From Terriglobales bacterium (GTDB lineage Bacteria; Acidobacteriota; Terriglobia; Terriglobales; Acidobacteriaceae): a stretch of 64,000 bases of DNA. Positions within the stretch are counted from its first letter, which is position 1, and the number at the start of each line of letters is the position of its first letter. Positions 6,786 through 16,347 of this stretch are shown piece after piece. Location: NCBI GenBank assembly GCA_049300195.1, contig JBAQJF010000064.1, positions 710 to 64,709 of the forward strand. The letters run 5' to 3'. Under the pieces are notes generated by a model. The model was not told where the DNA came from. It saw only the letters and a list, made by a program, of their open reading frames with translations, and made no database searches. Both the position numbers and the translations under genes were made by a program.

Positions 6786-8120
6786 ATGCCAACGCTGCAA
6801 AGCGACTCCGCTGTCCGTAGCGATTTGATCGAGCGCGTGCGGGACGCTCGCCGGCGTAGCGATGGACTCTTCCGCATCGTGCACCCCGATGCGATATTTG
6901 ACCGCCCAATTTCTGAGCGGCACCGCCTCATTTTCTATGTCGGTCACCTGGAGGCGTTTGACTGGAATCTGCTCCATGGCAGTCTTCCGGGACTGAAGAG
7001 TTTTCATCCCGAATTTGATCGGCTGTTTGCCTTTGGCATCGACCCTATCGACGGCGGATTGCCCTCCGACCAACCGGCGGACTGGCCCTCCCTGGAAAAT
7101 GTTCGAGATTACGTGCGTAGAATTCGGCGTGCATTGGACGACAAATTGGAGAGCGACTCCTGGAACGCGGCTTTGGCCGGGCGTGACGGGTTTTCTCATG
7201 AGACGCTGCTCAACGTTGCCATCGAGCATAGATTGATGCACGTTGAAACGTTGGCTTACCTGTTGCACCAACTGCCGCTGGATCGAAAGATTCGACAGGG
7301 AAGTGGAACGGCTTCCGTCCTCCCACCAGTGATGCCGCGAATGGTGAAAATTCCTTCCGGTGTCGCGGTGCTTGGGCTTCCCCGTTCGGGCAGCGGTTTC
7401 GGCTGGGACAACGAGTATGAGGCCCACGAGGTGGATGTGCCTGCGTTCGAGATCGACCAATACAAAGTGACGAATCGCGAGTACCTCGACTTCCTCAACG
7501 CCGGGGGTTATGAAATGCGGCCGCTCTGGAGCGAAGAGGATTGGCGATGGAAAACCGATCAGGGGATTTCTCACCCGGTGTTCTGGAGGAAAGCGGGTGA
7601 GCAGTGGCTGTTTCGAGGGATGTTCGAGGAACTTCCATTGCCGTTGGATTGGCCGGTTTATGTGAGTCACGCGGAAGCGAAAGCTTATGCGCACTGGGCA
7701 GGTAAGTCGCTTCCGTCGGAAGAAGAATGGCATCGTGCCGCCTACGGAAACGAGCACGGGACCGAACGCACTTATCCGTGGGGCAGTAACCCGCCCGAAT
7801 CGCGCTTTGGTAACTTTGATTTCAACTCCTGGAACCCGACTGCGGTGAATGCGTTTCCGCTGGGCAGAAGCGCGTTTGGCGTGTGGGATATGTTGGGCAA
7901 TGGATGGGAGTGGACGTCGAGCCAATTTGTTCCGTTCAAGGGCTTCCAGCCCTTCCCTTTCTATCGCGGATATTCAGCCGATTTCTTCGACGGCAAGCAC
8001 TTCGTCATGAAGGGTGGCTCGGCACGCACCGCGCAATGCATGCTACGGCCATCGTTTCGTAATTGGTTTCAGCCCCATTATCAGTATGTATACGCAGGGT
8101 TCCGCTGCGTAAGCCGTTAA
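6786..8120 (+). CDS. egtB: ergothioneine biosynthesis sulfoxide synthase EgtB (DinB_2 + FGE-sulfatase domains)
   Basis: FYVGHLEAFDWN and IEHRLMHVETLAYLL (iron-binding His motifs). The C-terminal part has GNGWEWTSS, MKGGS and YAGFRCV. The start is taken at MPTLQSD (GAGGGGG upstream); the track ORF begins at 6705. egtD follows directly. Confidence 0.85.
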   Translation: MPTLQSDSAVRSDLIERVRDARRRSDGLFRIVHPDAIFDRPISERHRLIFYVGHLEAFDWNLLHGSLPGLKSFHPEFDRLFAFGIDPIDGGLPSDQPADWPSLENVRDYVRRIRRALDDKLESDSWNAALAGRDGFSHETLLNVAIEHRLMHVETLAYLLHQLPLDRKIRQGSGTASVLPPVMPRMVKIPSGVAVLGLPRSGSGFGWDNEYEAHEVDVPAFEIDQYKVTNREYLDFLNAGGYEMRPLWSEEDWRWKTDQGISHPVFWRKAGEQWLFRGMFEELPLPLDWPVYVSHAEAKAYAHWAGKSLPSEEEWHRAAYGNEHGTERTYPWGSNPPESRFGNFDFNSWNPTAVNAFPLGRSAFGVWDMLGNGWEWTSSQFVPFKGFQPFPFYRGYSADFFDGKHFVMKGGSARTAQCMLRPSFRNWFQPHYQYVYAGFRCVSR

Positions 8121-8148
8121 GTAATTTCGATCACAAGAGAGCTGACAA

Positions 8149-9117
8149 ATGATCGTTCCCGCTATAACGCCGAACGCCACTTATGATTTTGGCGATGACG
8201 TGCGCGCCGGCCTTAGCCGGCGAGGACAGAAGGAACTTCCTTCGAAATATTTGTATGACGACGTCGGCTCCGCTCTCTTTGAAGTGATCAGTTACCTTCC
8301 GGAGTATGGGCTTACACGAGCCGATGAGCGGTTGTTGCGCCGGCACGCGGACGAGATTGTCGAGCTTCTTGCCGGGCCAGTAGCCGTAACCGAACTTGGA
8401 AGCGGCAGCGGAAAGAAGACGCGCTGGTTGCTCGAGGCGCTATGCCGCCGCCAGCGCACGTCGTATTATCCGGTCGAAATATCGCGCTCCGCACTACATA
8501 TGTGTGAAAGAGAACTCGGAGACATTGACGCGATCAGCATTGTCGGGTTTGAGCGCGAATATCTCGATGGATTAGCCGAGGTCGCCACTTATAGAAAAGA
8601 CGATCAGCGTCTGCTGGTCCTATTCCTAGGCAGCACGATCGGTAATTTCGATCGGCCGGCGGCGGTGAAATTTCTGGCCGAAGTGCGTCGAATTCTCGAA
8701 CCCGGCGATTTTCTTCTTCTGGGAACCGACCTGGAAAAGCCCGCCTCGCAACTCCTGGCCGCGTACGACGACGAACTCGGCGTTACCGCGGCGTTTAACT
8801 TGAATTTACTGGCGAGGATCAACCGTGATCTCGGCGCCGATTTTGACCTGAGCCAGTTCGCGCATTTGGCGAAGATCAATAGCAAGGCACGGAGCGTGGA
8901 AATGCATTTGGAATCGAGGAAACTCCAGAGAGTAAAAATCCCCGCCGCTCATGTCACCATCGAGTTTCTTGAGGGTGAGACTATTTGGACCGAAAGCAGC
9001 CACAAATTCTCAGCGATGGAAATGTTCCAGATTGCTCGTAAAGCTGGTTTCCGGTTGAAGGAGCAGTGGATCGATGTGGAGTGGCCCTTTGCCGAGAACC
9101 TGTTGGTCGCGGCGTGA
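8149..9117 (+). CDS. egtD: L-histidine N-alpha-methyltransferase EgtD
   Basis: LPSKYLYDDVGSALFEVISYLPEYGLTRAE..., ELGSGSGKKTRWLL, FLGSTIGNF, ESSHKF: the Methyltransf_33/EgtD pattern. Confidence 0.9.
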   Translation: MIVPAITPNATYDFGDDVRAGLSRRGQKELPSKYLYDDVGSALFEVISYLPEYGLTRADERLLRRHADEIVELLAGPVAVTELGSGSGKKTRWLLEALCRRQRTSYYPVEISRSALHMCERELGDIDAISIVGFEREYLDGLAEVATYRKDDQRLLVLFLGSTIGNFDRPAAVKFLAEVRRILEPGDFLLLGTDLEKPASQLLAAYDDELGVTAAFNLNLLARINRDLGADFDLSQFAHLAKINSKARSVEMHLESRKLQRVKIPAAHVTIEFLEGETIWTESSHKFSAMEMFQIARKAGFRLKEQWIDVEWPFAENLLVAA

Positions 9118-9151
9118 GCGATGAGCCGTCCGCGCACTCTTAGCTTCGAGC

Positions 9152-10111
9152 CTAATCCCCGGCGATGGGCGCGGGATCTGGAATGGCGGGACCAAATCGC
9201 GGAGTTGCGCGTTCGTCTACCTTCTTCTCAAGCCACTTACGCACTTCCGGCATCGCTCGCCGCATGGCCGCTTCGCCAACTTGTAATAACTCGCCCGCGC
9301 GCTTGAAGTCGTCGTAGTCAAATCCCGCGACGTCAGGTTCGATCACGAGATCGGCGCCTTGCCTCCAGTGATCGCCCATTCGATCCTGCGCAATGGCAAA
9401 AGATTGGCCGATGACATCGAAGAGATGACGAGGCGCGGCCTGACTGCACCATTGTCCTTTCAAGTGAACCGCCAGGACTTTTTGCGCGCCCATCTGGCGC
9501 ACGGGGATCGTGGGCACAGGGTGCGAAAGCATACCATCGACAAACCAGCGTCCGTCAATCTCGACGGGCAGGAACATTCCGGGATACGCGCAACTGGCGC
9601 GCACCGGACCGATCAAAGATCCCGCCTGAAAAACTTCTCCCTCGCCGGTGCTGAACTCGGTCGCGGCCACGCCGAGAGGAATCCGCAATTCTTCAAATGT
9701 TTTGACCTTTAACATGCGCGTCAAAAACGCAGTCATACGGTCATTCGTGGCAAAGCCGAAGCGGGAGAGAGTCCAGCGCGCGAAGGTCGTGAAGCGGACC
9801 TTGTAAGCGACTTCTGTCAATTCATCAATCGAGAGTCCGCTGCAATAGGCTGCCCCAATCAGCGCGCCGACACTGGTTCCGGCGATGCATTGGACAGCGA
9901 TGCCCTCTTCCTCGAGGACCTTGAGAACTCCAATGTGCGCAATGCCGCGAGCGAAGCCTCCACCGAGCGCGACACCGATGGAAGGTGCCGATCCAATCTC
10001 TGCTCCCGGGGGCTTGCGCGAAAGTTCACGACCGAATGCCTGAACGGACCGAATTACCCTGCCCAGACTCTTCAAAGGAACCCCACGTTCCCGGTTCGCC
10101 GAAAGCAGCAA
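9152..10111 (-). CDS. patatin-like phospholipase
   Basis: GVALGGGFARGIAHIGVLKVL (oxyanion GGGxRG), GTSVG (GxSxG nucleophile), and DGM (catalytic Asp). Confidence 0.9.
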   Translation of the reverse strand: MLLSANRERGVPLKSLGRVIRSVQAFGRELSRKPPGAEIGSAPSIGVALGGGFARGIAHIGVLKVLEEEGIAVQCIAGTSVGALIGAAYCSGLSIDELTEVAYKVRFTTFARWTLSRFGFATNDRMTAFLTRMLKVKTFEELRIPLGVAATEFSTGEGEVFQAGSLIGPVRASCAYPGMFLPVEIDGRWFVDGMLSHPVPTIPVRQMGAQKVLAVHLKGQWCSQAAPRHLFDVIGQSFAIAQDRMGDHWRQGADLVIEPDVAGFDYDDFKRAGELLQVGEAAMRRAMPEVRKWLEKKVDERATPRFGPAIPDPAPIAGD

Positions 10112-10394
10112 ACCTACGTCCTAAATATAGGATGCCACAACGACATTCAGCGTATAGCCCACGGTCGTGCCATTTCGCGGTTACCGGGGTAGTTACTTAG
10201 AGGTGACTGCCGGTGACCGTATAAGAAGGTAAGTTATTTCCCGATAAAGGCTTACGGATCTCCGTAGATTCCGTGCCCAGAGCACCGTTTGGCAGGGAGA
10301 AGGATTCGCGAAACAACCGCGCTCGGTTGCGTCACTCGCACGAAGGTAGAATTCAAAAGAACCACGTCCAGATGAACAAGTCTACAAGATCAGC

Positions 10395-11960
10395 ATGAAC
10401 CGCAACGAAATGTATGACCGCATCCGTTCTCATCCCGAGGCGTGGGACATGATTGTTGTGGGCGGTGGCGCGACGGGAGTCGGGGTGGCGATCGATGCCG
10501 CTTCGCGTGGCTACGATGTGCTGCTGCTTGAACAGAGCGATTTTGGCAAAGGCACTTCGAGCCGCAGCACAAAACTTGCACACGGAGGAGTTCGCTACCT
10601 CGGCCAGGGCAACATCGGGCTTGTGCTCGAAGCTCTGAAGGAGCGCGGCCTGCTGCTCGAAAATGCGCCGCACATCGTACACGACCTGGCTTTCGTGGTG
10701 CCGAACTACGACTGGTGGGAGGCGCCATTTTATGGCCTGGGATTAAAGCTTTATCAATTGCTGGCGGGCAAGTACGGTTTGGGCGCGTCCCGCATTCTGT
10801 CGCGCGAAGAGACGTTGGCATATTTGCCCACGCTTAAGACCGACGGATTGCGCGGAGGCGCAGTCTACTATGATGGGCAATTCGACGATGCACGCCTTCT
10901 TATTCATATGGCGGCGACAGCTTATGAACAAGGCGCAACGCTGCTCAACTATGTGGAAGTAACTGGCGTGACGAGGGACGCGATGGGTCGCGTCAATGGA
11001 GTTATCGCGCACGAGATGGAAACCGGCGACGAATTTAGGGCTGCCGCGAGGATCGTGATCAACGCCACCGGAGCCTTCAGCGATCGATTGCGTTTGACGG
11101 CGGAGCCGGACGCCGCGCGGATGATTGCTCCGAGCCAGGGAATTCATCTGGTATTTGACGGAGCATTCCTGGCAGGCGAGAGTGCGATTATGGTTCCCCA
11201 CACGCGAGATGGGCGCGTGCTTTTTGCGATTCCGTGGCACGGCCATACCTTGGTTGGCACTACGGACACCGCGATTCAGACAGTGCCTCTCGAACCCATC
11301 GCCCTGGACGAGGAGGTCGAATTCATTTTATCAACTGCCGGCGAGTATCTTGCAAGGGCTCCTTCGCGCAGGGATGTGCTGAGCGTCTTCGCCGGCGTTC
11401 GACCGCTTGTGCGTGCTACCAATGCCGCCGGCACGTCCGAGCTTGCCCGCGACCATGTGATCGAGATTGGGAAGAGCGGGCTTATCAGCGTCATGGGTGG
11501 AAAATGGACAACTTATAGGCGCATGGCTGAGGATTGCGTCGACCGGGCGGCTGCTCTTGCAGATCTGCCAGAACGCGCTTGCGTAACCGAGCGTTTGCAT
11601 ATTCACGGATTTCTGCCGGACGCGAAGCAACAAGGCTCGCTTTCGGTCTATGGAACGGACGTCTACGAGATCGACAAACTTATGGCAAACGATACAGAGT
11701 TGCGGGAACAGTTGCATCCTGCGCTGCCATATCTGAAGGCGGAGGTCGTGTTTGCGGTGCGACATGAGATGGCACACACAGTGGAAGACGTGCTGGCGCG
11801 TCGAACGCGCGCGCTCTTTCTGAACGCCAGGGCCGCGCTGGAAATGGCTCCAGCCGTGGCTGACTTAATGGCGCGCGAACTCGCCTGGAGCGAGACGAAC
11901 AAAGCAAATCAAGTTGAGACTTTTCGAAACGTGGCCGCGAACTACCTCCTCCGAAATTGA
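10395..11960 (+). CDS. glpD: FAD-dependent glycerol-3-phosphate dehydrogenase/oxidase
   Basis: DMIVVGGGATGVGVAIDAASRGYDVLLLEQSDFGKGTSSRSTKLAHGGVRYL plus the C-terminal GlpD-type helical domain. Confidence 0.85.
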   Translation: MNRNEMYDRIRSHPEAWDMIVVGGGATGVGVAIDAASRGYDVLLLEQSDFGKGTSSRSTKLAHGGVRYLGQGNIGLVLEALKERGLLLENAPHIVHDLAFVVPNYDWWEAPFYGLGLKLYQLLAGKYGLGASRILSREETLAYLPTLKTDGLRGGAVYYDGQFDDARLLIHMAATAYEQGATLLNYVEVTGVTRDAMGRVNGVIAHEMETGDEFRAAARIVINATGAFSDRLRLTAEPDAARMIAPSQGIHLVFDGAFLAGESAIMVPHTRDGRVLFAIPWHGHTLVGTTDTAIQTVPLEPIALDEEVEFILSTAGEYLARAPSRRDVLSVFAGVRPLVRATNAAGTSELARDHVIEIGKSGLISVMGGKWTTYRRMAEDCVDRAAALADLPERACVTERLHIHGFLPDAKQQGSLSVYGTDVYEIDKLMANDTELREQLHPALPYLKAEVVFAVRHEMAHTVEDVLARRTRALFLNARAALEMAPAVADLMARELAWSETNKANQVETFRNVAANYLLRN

Positions 11961-12147
11961 TTTTCATTGTCATACCTATTCGGTAAATGGTCGGAATCTC
12001 CGCACAATCCGATTTCGCGTGCCGGGCTCGTGGCTGGGAAAGTACAACCAGTTGTTTTCGTAACTACAGTCTCCACCCGATTAGCAGTCGAACCGTCCGG
12101 TGCTATGCTACAAACTAAATCGTCGCATGCCTGAGAGGAAAGTCTCG

Positions 12148-12300
12148 ATGCTTTGGACAATCTTTGTGATTTTGCTGGTTCTGTGGTTATTGGGATTGGC
12201 GACCTCGTACACGCTCGGGGGACTCATTCACATCTTGCTGGTTCTGGCAGTGATCACGTTAATTTTCAACCTGATTTCCGGCCGCAGAAGCGCCATATAA
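12148..12300 (+). CDS. lmo0937-family small membrane protein
   Basis: Internal ATG with GAGAGGA upstream. MLWTIFVILLVLWLLGLATSYTLGGLIHILLVLAVITLIFNLISGRR. Confidence 0.75.
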   Translation: MLWTIFVILLVLWLLGLATSYTLGGLIHILLVLAVITLIFNLISGRRSAI

Positions 12301-12394
12301 AGCGCGAAAGCACCACAGAACGGAAGCACCATAGAAGTAAGAAAAGGAATTACGAATGCGCGGATCCTATTCGCAAAAACGGAGAGTAAAAGCC

Positions 12395-12775
12395 ATGAAT
12401 AAATTTCTGAAGCTGTTGTTGGGCACCACACTTTATGTCCTTGAGCAGTCCGACCAATCCACCAGGAAAATTCGCGATCGTGCGGCTGACAATCTCGGCG
12501 ATCTACGGGACTTGGCTCAGGAAAAATATGCGACTGCCAGCGATCGGGTTTCGAGAGCTTCGCAGGCGTTACTGGGCGAAGACAGCCATGCTGTGGGAAA
12601 CATGGTGAGCCTGGCGGCGGGAATCGGAATTGGCATCGGCATCGGATTGATCTTCGCGCCAGCCAGCGGCGGCGAGACCAGAAGCGCAATTGCCGACAAG
12701 GTCAAAGTGGTTGGGGGGCGAGTCAAGAAACAATTCTCGACGGAAGACTACCAAGCCACCGGGACTAACGGTTAA
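12395..12775 (+). CDS. YtxH-domain general-stress-type protein
   Basis: Internal ATG (MNKFLK). GIGIGIGIGLIFAPASGGETRSAIADKV is the YtxH signature. Confidence 0.75.
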   Translation: MNKFLKLLLGTTLYVLEQSDQSTRKIRDRAADNLGDLRDLAQEKYATASDRVSRASQALLGEDSHAVGNMVSLAAGIGIGIGIGLIFAPASGGETRSAIADKVKVVGGRVKKQFSTEDYQATGTNG

Positions 12776-12913
12776 GAAGGTTTGGCTCCTGGGCCTGATT
12801 CCGCACTTCGCCGGGGGCCTTTTTCACCTTTTTGCGCCGATTACTCCAGCCCTGTGCATTGTCGATCTTATCGGCGGGCGCAGGGCGAGAATCTCCGTTT
12901 CGAAACCGATCTG

Positions 12914-13612
12914 CTACGAGTGCATGGACGTCTCAGTCGGACTTACTTGAGATGTCTGCACCTGGATGATGTTGTTCTGAATCGCATAAACCACCAGATC
13001 GCGAATTGAGTGGAAGCCCAGTTTGCGCATAATGTTACTGCGGTGTGTTTCGGCCGTCTTGGTGCTTAAGTTCAGTACGCAGGCCACTTCCTTGGAGCTC
13101 TTACCTTCCGCAAGCAATTGAATCACTTCATGCTCACGCGCAGTTAGCTTCGGCAGGTTCGGCACTTCGCCCCTCGATCCATTGTGCCCTTTGTCCAGGA
13201 AACCGGCGAGCACCATCTCGTTGACTCTAGGAGTAAAGAACATTCGGTTCCGCTGCAAAGCTTCCACGGCCGAGACAAGGTCGCGGGCGGCATCCGATTT
13301 GAGGACGAAGCCCCTCGCTCCGGCGTCCAGGGCTTCGCGTATCACCTGATCGGCATCCGTGATGGTCAGGACAATGATTTTGTATCCCGCATCTTGTTGC
13401 AATAACTGCCGGGTCGCAGCCAGACCATTCAGGTTGGGCATGCCGACGTCGAGAATGACAACGTCGGGCTTGAGCGCCTTTGCTTTTTCGACGGCATCGC
13501 GCCCGTCCACTGCTTCCCCGCAGATTTCCCACCCTTCGTGCGCTTGCAGAAGCGTGCACAATCCGCGACGCACCACTTCATGATCATCCGCAACTAAGAT
13601 CCGCAGTTTCAT
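12914..13612 (-). CDS. NarL/LuxR-family response regulator
   Basis: MKLRILVADDHEVVRRGL, VVILDVGMPNLNG, VLKSD, and LTAREHEVIQLLAEGKSSKEVACVLNLSTKTAETHRSNIMRKLG. Confidence 0.9.
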   Translation of the reverse strand: MKLRILVADDHEVVRRGLCTLLQAHEGWEICGEAVDGRDAVEKAKALKPDVVILDVGMPNLNGLAATRQLLQQDAGYKIIVLTITDADQVIREALDAGARGFVLKSDAARDLVSAVEALQRNRMFFTPRVNEMVLAGFLDKGHNGSRGEVPNLPKLTAREHEVIQLLAEGKSSKEVACVLNLSTKTAETHRSNIMRKLGFHSIRDLVVYAIQNNIIQVQTSQVSPTETSMHS

Positions 13613-13682
13613 GGCTACCCTCCGAGAGATTGAACCTCGCTTAAATTCTTGCTATGTCCCCCAAAAATCCGGACTCTTCCGG

Positions 13683-14093
13683 TCAGTTGGAACGCTTTGA
13701 CGAATCGAGCTGCCAGCCAAACGGTCGATGCTCGCTTGTTGCCTCCACCGCCCTCACCAAGTCGCGAGCGATGTTCGATTTGACCACATAACCCCGCGCT
13801 CCAGCATCGCCCGCTTCCCGCATCATCTGTGGAGAATCATGCTGGGTGACGATCAGCACTTCACTGTGCGGAGTATTCCTCCGAATCAACCGGCAAGCCT
13901 CCAGTCCGCTCATCCTTGGCATACTAAGATCGAGAACAACGATATCGGGAATTAGTGCCCCCGACTTATCCACCGCTTCCAATCCATCGGCCGCTTCATC
14001 GATCACTTCCCACCCGGGATGGGCCCCGAGCAGATTCTTTAAGCCCTTTCTTACGACTGGATGATCATCCACCACTAAAATCCGGAGATTCAT
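13683..14093 (-). CDS. stand-alone receiver (CheY-like) response regulator
   Basis: MNLRILVVDDHPVVRKGL, IVVLDLSMPRMSG, YVVKS. No output domain. Confidence 0.9.
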   Translation of the reverse strand: MNLRILVVDDHPVVRKGLKNLLGAHPGWEVIDEAADGLEAVDKSGALIPDIVVLDLSMPRMSGLEACRLIRRNTPHSEVLIVTQHDSPQMMREAGDAGARGYVVKSNIARDLVRAVEATSEHRPFGWQLDSSKRSN

Positions 14094-14193
14094 AAGGCTT
14101 TCCAGTCAGCTGAAGGCGAATCAAAGCCACTGCTTGAAACGGACAGCTTTCGGCTTTCGCTTCGAACGCTACATGTCACTCTTGCCGGTCGGC

Positions 14194-15660
14194 CTATGCC
14201 ATGCCGCATGCGTGGCTTCCGGATTCTTCCGTTACTTTACTCGTGGGAACCGGAATCGTAACCTTCAGGGACGTTCCGCTGGAATCCGAATCAATCTGCA
14301 AAAGTCCGCCCACATCCCGCACGCGCTCGCCTATGCCAGTAAGTCCGATCCCGAAACCAGTCCCACCTTCGCGAGCAGACGCGAGCACGTTCGGTTTGAT
14401 TCCAGATCCCTGATCTTTGACTTCAAAAATAATTTGCTCGCCCATTTTTCGGATCAAAACGTCCGCCGTGGAACTACCGGAATGACGGTGCACATTTGTC
14501 AGTGCTTCCTGCATCACGCGGAATAGTGTAAGTTCGATTAGGTCGGGCAAGCGCGGCAGACACTTGTCGACATCCACCTTTACTGCGATTCCGCTGCGCT
14601 GACCGAAGCTTTCGACGAACCACTGTACCGCGGAGGCCAGCCCGGCTGCATCCATGGTGGGTGGGTGGAGGAGGTAAGAAAGCGTCCTCACGTCGGCGAT
14701 GGCTTGTTGCATCAAGTCTTCCACCTCTGCCCACAATTGTTCACGGTCCGGCGCATGCTTCAGCATGTCGATATTCAGTTTAAGACCGATCAGACATTGG
14801 CCGAGGCAGTCGTGCAATTCACGCGCAATCCGGCGGCGTTCAGAGTCCTGGAGCGTGAGAAGGCGCGCTGAGAGGCGTCGCAATGCCAGAGTGCGCTGCT
14901 CTACCAACGACTCAAGTCCCGCTTGAGTTCGCCGCAACTCCTCTTCCACCCGTTTGCGCTCAAGGATCTCGGTGGTGAGTGCCAGAGCTTTTTGCTGCAT
15001 GCTTGCGATGATTCGCGAGCGATCGTCATCGCTCGAAAGCGCGGTGTAGTTCTCTCCTGGAATGACGCCGCCGTGGGCAGCGCAGATCCGCAAGAAAGAT
15101 TCCCCATCTTCCTCCCGTTCAAATCCAGACATCGGGTAGGCGCAGCGCAACGAAAAGGTATGGGTTCGCGCCAAACCGTTCCACATATCTTCCAGGCGGA
15201 GCGCAGCCTCGATTTTTCCCTGCGACCATAAGAGCGCCACCATCTCGCCAAAGGCCGCGACATGGGGGCGTTTGCCCTCTGCGCACGCCGTAGCTTGCAC
15301 CACGATGCTGCCCACCACGTCGGTGAAGCGCGCCGCGTCGGGAAAGTCGTTCACCATAAATTTCGACAATGTCTCGGCCGCATCCAGAGTGATGTATCGC
15401 CCTTGCAGGACGGCGCGAGCCGGATCCATTCCGCGCGCCTTCAGTCGCTGCACAATTCCATCCCGGTGGGCTTTAGTGGCGATTACGATGGCGCCATTGC
15501 CGGCCGCCAGCGCGCTCCCAATATATTTGCTCAGCTCATCGACGAGAAATGCGTCATCCGCATAGAACTGAACCACATGTCCAGCGGAGATCTCCGACCG
15601 CGCAGCGTTGAGGTCGCCAGCTGCCAGAAAGTCGGAACTCGGAAGATTTGCGGTACTCAT
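14194..15660 (-). CDS. cytoplasmic sensor histidine kinase, MEDS domain + HisKA_3 + HATPase_c
   Basis: The N-terminal GHVVQFYADDAFLVDELSKYIGSALAAGNGAIVIAT matches the MEDS pattern. H-box RRRIARELHDCLGQ. ATPase motifs: NVHRHSG, DQGSGI, GFGIGLTGIGERV. No TM helix is evident. Confidence 0.85.
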   Translation of the reverse strand: MSTANLPSSDFLAAGDLNAARSEISAGHVVQFYADDAFLVDELSKYIGSALAAGNGAIVIATKAHRDGIVQRLKARGMDPARAVLQGRYITLDAAETLSKFMVNDFPDAARFTDVVGSIVVQATACAEGKRPHVAAFGEMVALLWSQGKIEAALRLEDMWNGLARTHTFSLRCAYPMSGFEREEDGESFLRICAAHGGVIPGENYTALSSDDDRSRIIASMQQKALALTTEILERKRVEEELRRTQAGLESLVEQRTLALRRLSARLLTLQDSERRRIARELHDCLGQCLIGLKLNIDMLKHAPDREQLWAEVEDLMQQAIADVRTLSYLLHPPTMDAAGLASAVQWFVESFGQRSGIAVKVDVDKCLPRLPDLIELTLFRVMQEALTNVHRHSGSSTADVLIRKMGEQIIFEVKDQGSGIKPNVLASAREGGTGFGIGLTGIGERVRDVGGLLQIDSDSSGTSLKVTIPVPTSKVTEESGSHACGMA

Positions 15661-15777
15661 ACGGTTACTTCGCGTTGAATGCTGTAGTAAGGTACCAGAG
15701 AGTTGTTCTTTGCCGAATACAGCGAACGCTGTAGGGCGCTGGGGCGGAAACGTCTACCTAAACTGCGGGGATTTGGG

Positions 15778-16158
15778 TCAGTTCGGGAAATAGGTTTCAT
15801 GGCGAAGCAGGGCGGAAACCGCGTCTACCACGGAACTGATCTGGGTCTTGGGGCACGTGCCTTTGATCCCCGCCTTTTGGGCTTCCAAGGACAGCTGCTT
15901 CGAAAGGTACAGAGTCACCATGAGGATTGGGGTTTGTGGGGACTCGTGAATGATCTTTTTCGCGGCTTCCAGGCCATTCATTTCGGGCATCTGGAAGTCG
16001 AGTACGATCAGATCGTGATGACCGCGTTCAAATCGTTGGACCGCCTCCAAGCCGTCGCTCGCCTCGTCACACACCCGCCAGTCGTGTTGCTGTTCGAGGA
16101 GACCGCGCAGGTAGCGGCGCACCGCCGGGTTGTCATCCGCTAGTAATATTCGAATCAA
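15778..16158 (-). CDS. stand-alone receiver response regulator
   Basis: MIRILLADDNPAVRRYL, LIVLDFQMPEMNG. 126 aa with no output domain. Confidence 0.9.
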   Translation of the reverse strand: MIRILLADDNPAVRRYLRGLLEQQHDWRVCDEASDGLEAVQRFERGHHDLIVLDFQMPEMNGLEAAKKIIHESPQTPILMVTLYLSKQLSLEAQKAGIKGTCPKTQISSVVDAVSALLRHETYFPN

Positions 16159-16279
16159 GAGTTCGAACCTCGTTTAGAACCTATCTGCAGGCAAGCTATA
16201 CATCAATACGGCAGAATCTCGATTACTTTCGAGATGCCTGCCCTCACGTGCAGCGCTTACTTCTCGTTTTGAGACGCGT

Positions 16280-16314
16280 CTGCGAGGCTGGGAAAGATTG
16301 TCCCAACCTCGCAG
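16280..16314. terminator. 14-bp stem hairpin downstream of csbD-like gene
   Basis: CTGCGAGGCTGGGA-(7 nt)-TCCCAACCTCGCAG with one mismatch. There is no clear U-tract on the minus strand, so terminator function is uncertain. Confidence 0.4.
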
Positions 16315-16347
16315 CAGCTTTTCCGGCCGACACATTCGGCAAACTTA

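Noticed and set aside
6765-7925. Long antisense ORFs. Examples: 386 aa opposite egtB, 517 aa at 51768-53321 opposite htrA, 348 aa at 34684-35730, 302 aa at 37023-37931, 300 aa at 48549-49451 and 255 aa at 59116-59883.
   Set aside because: All lie opposite genes with clear domain signatures. They have Arg/Pro/Gly/His-rich composition typical of antisense frames in GC-rich DNA, and they lack RBS or recognisable motifs.
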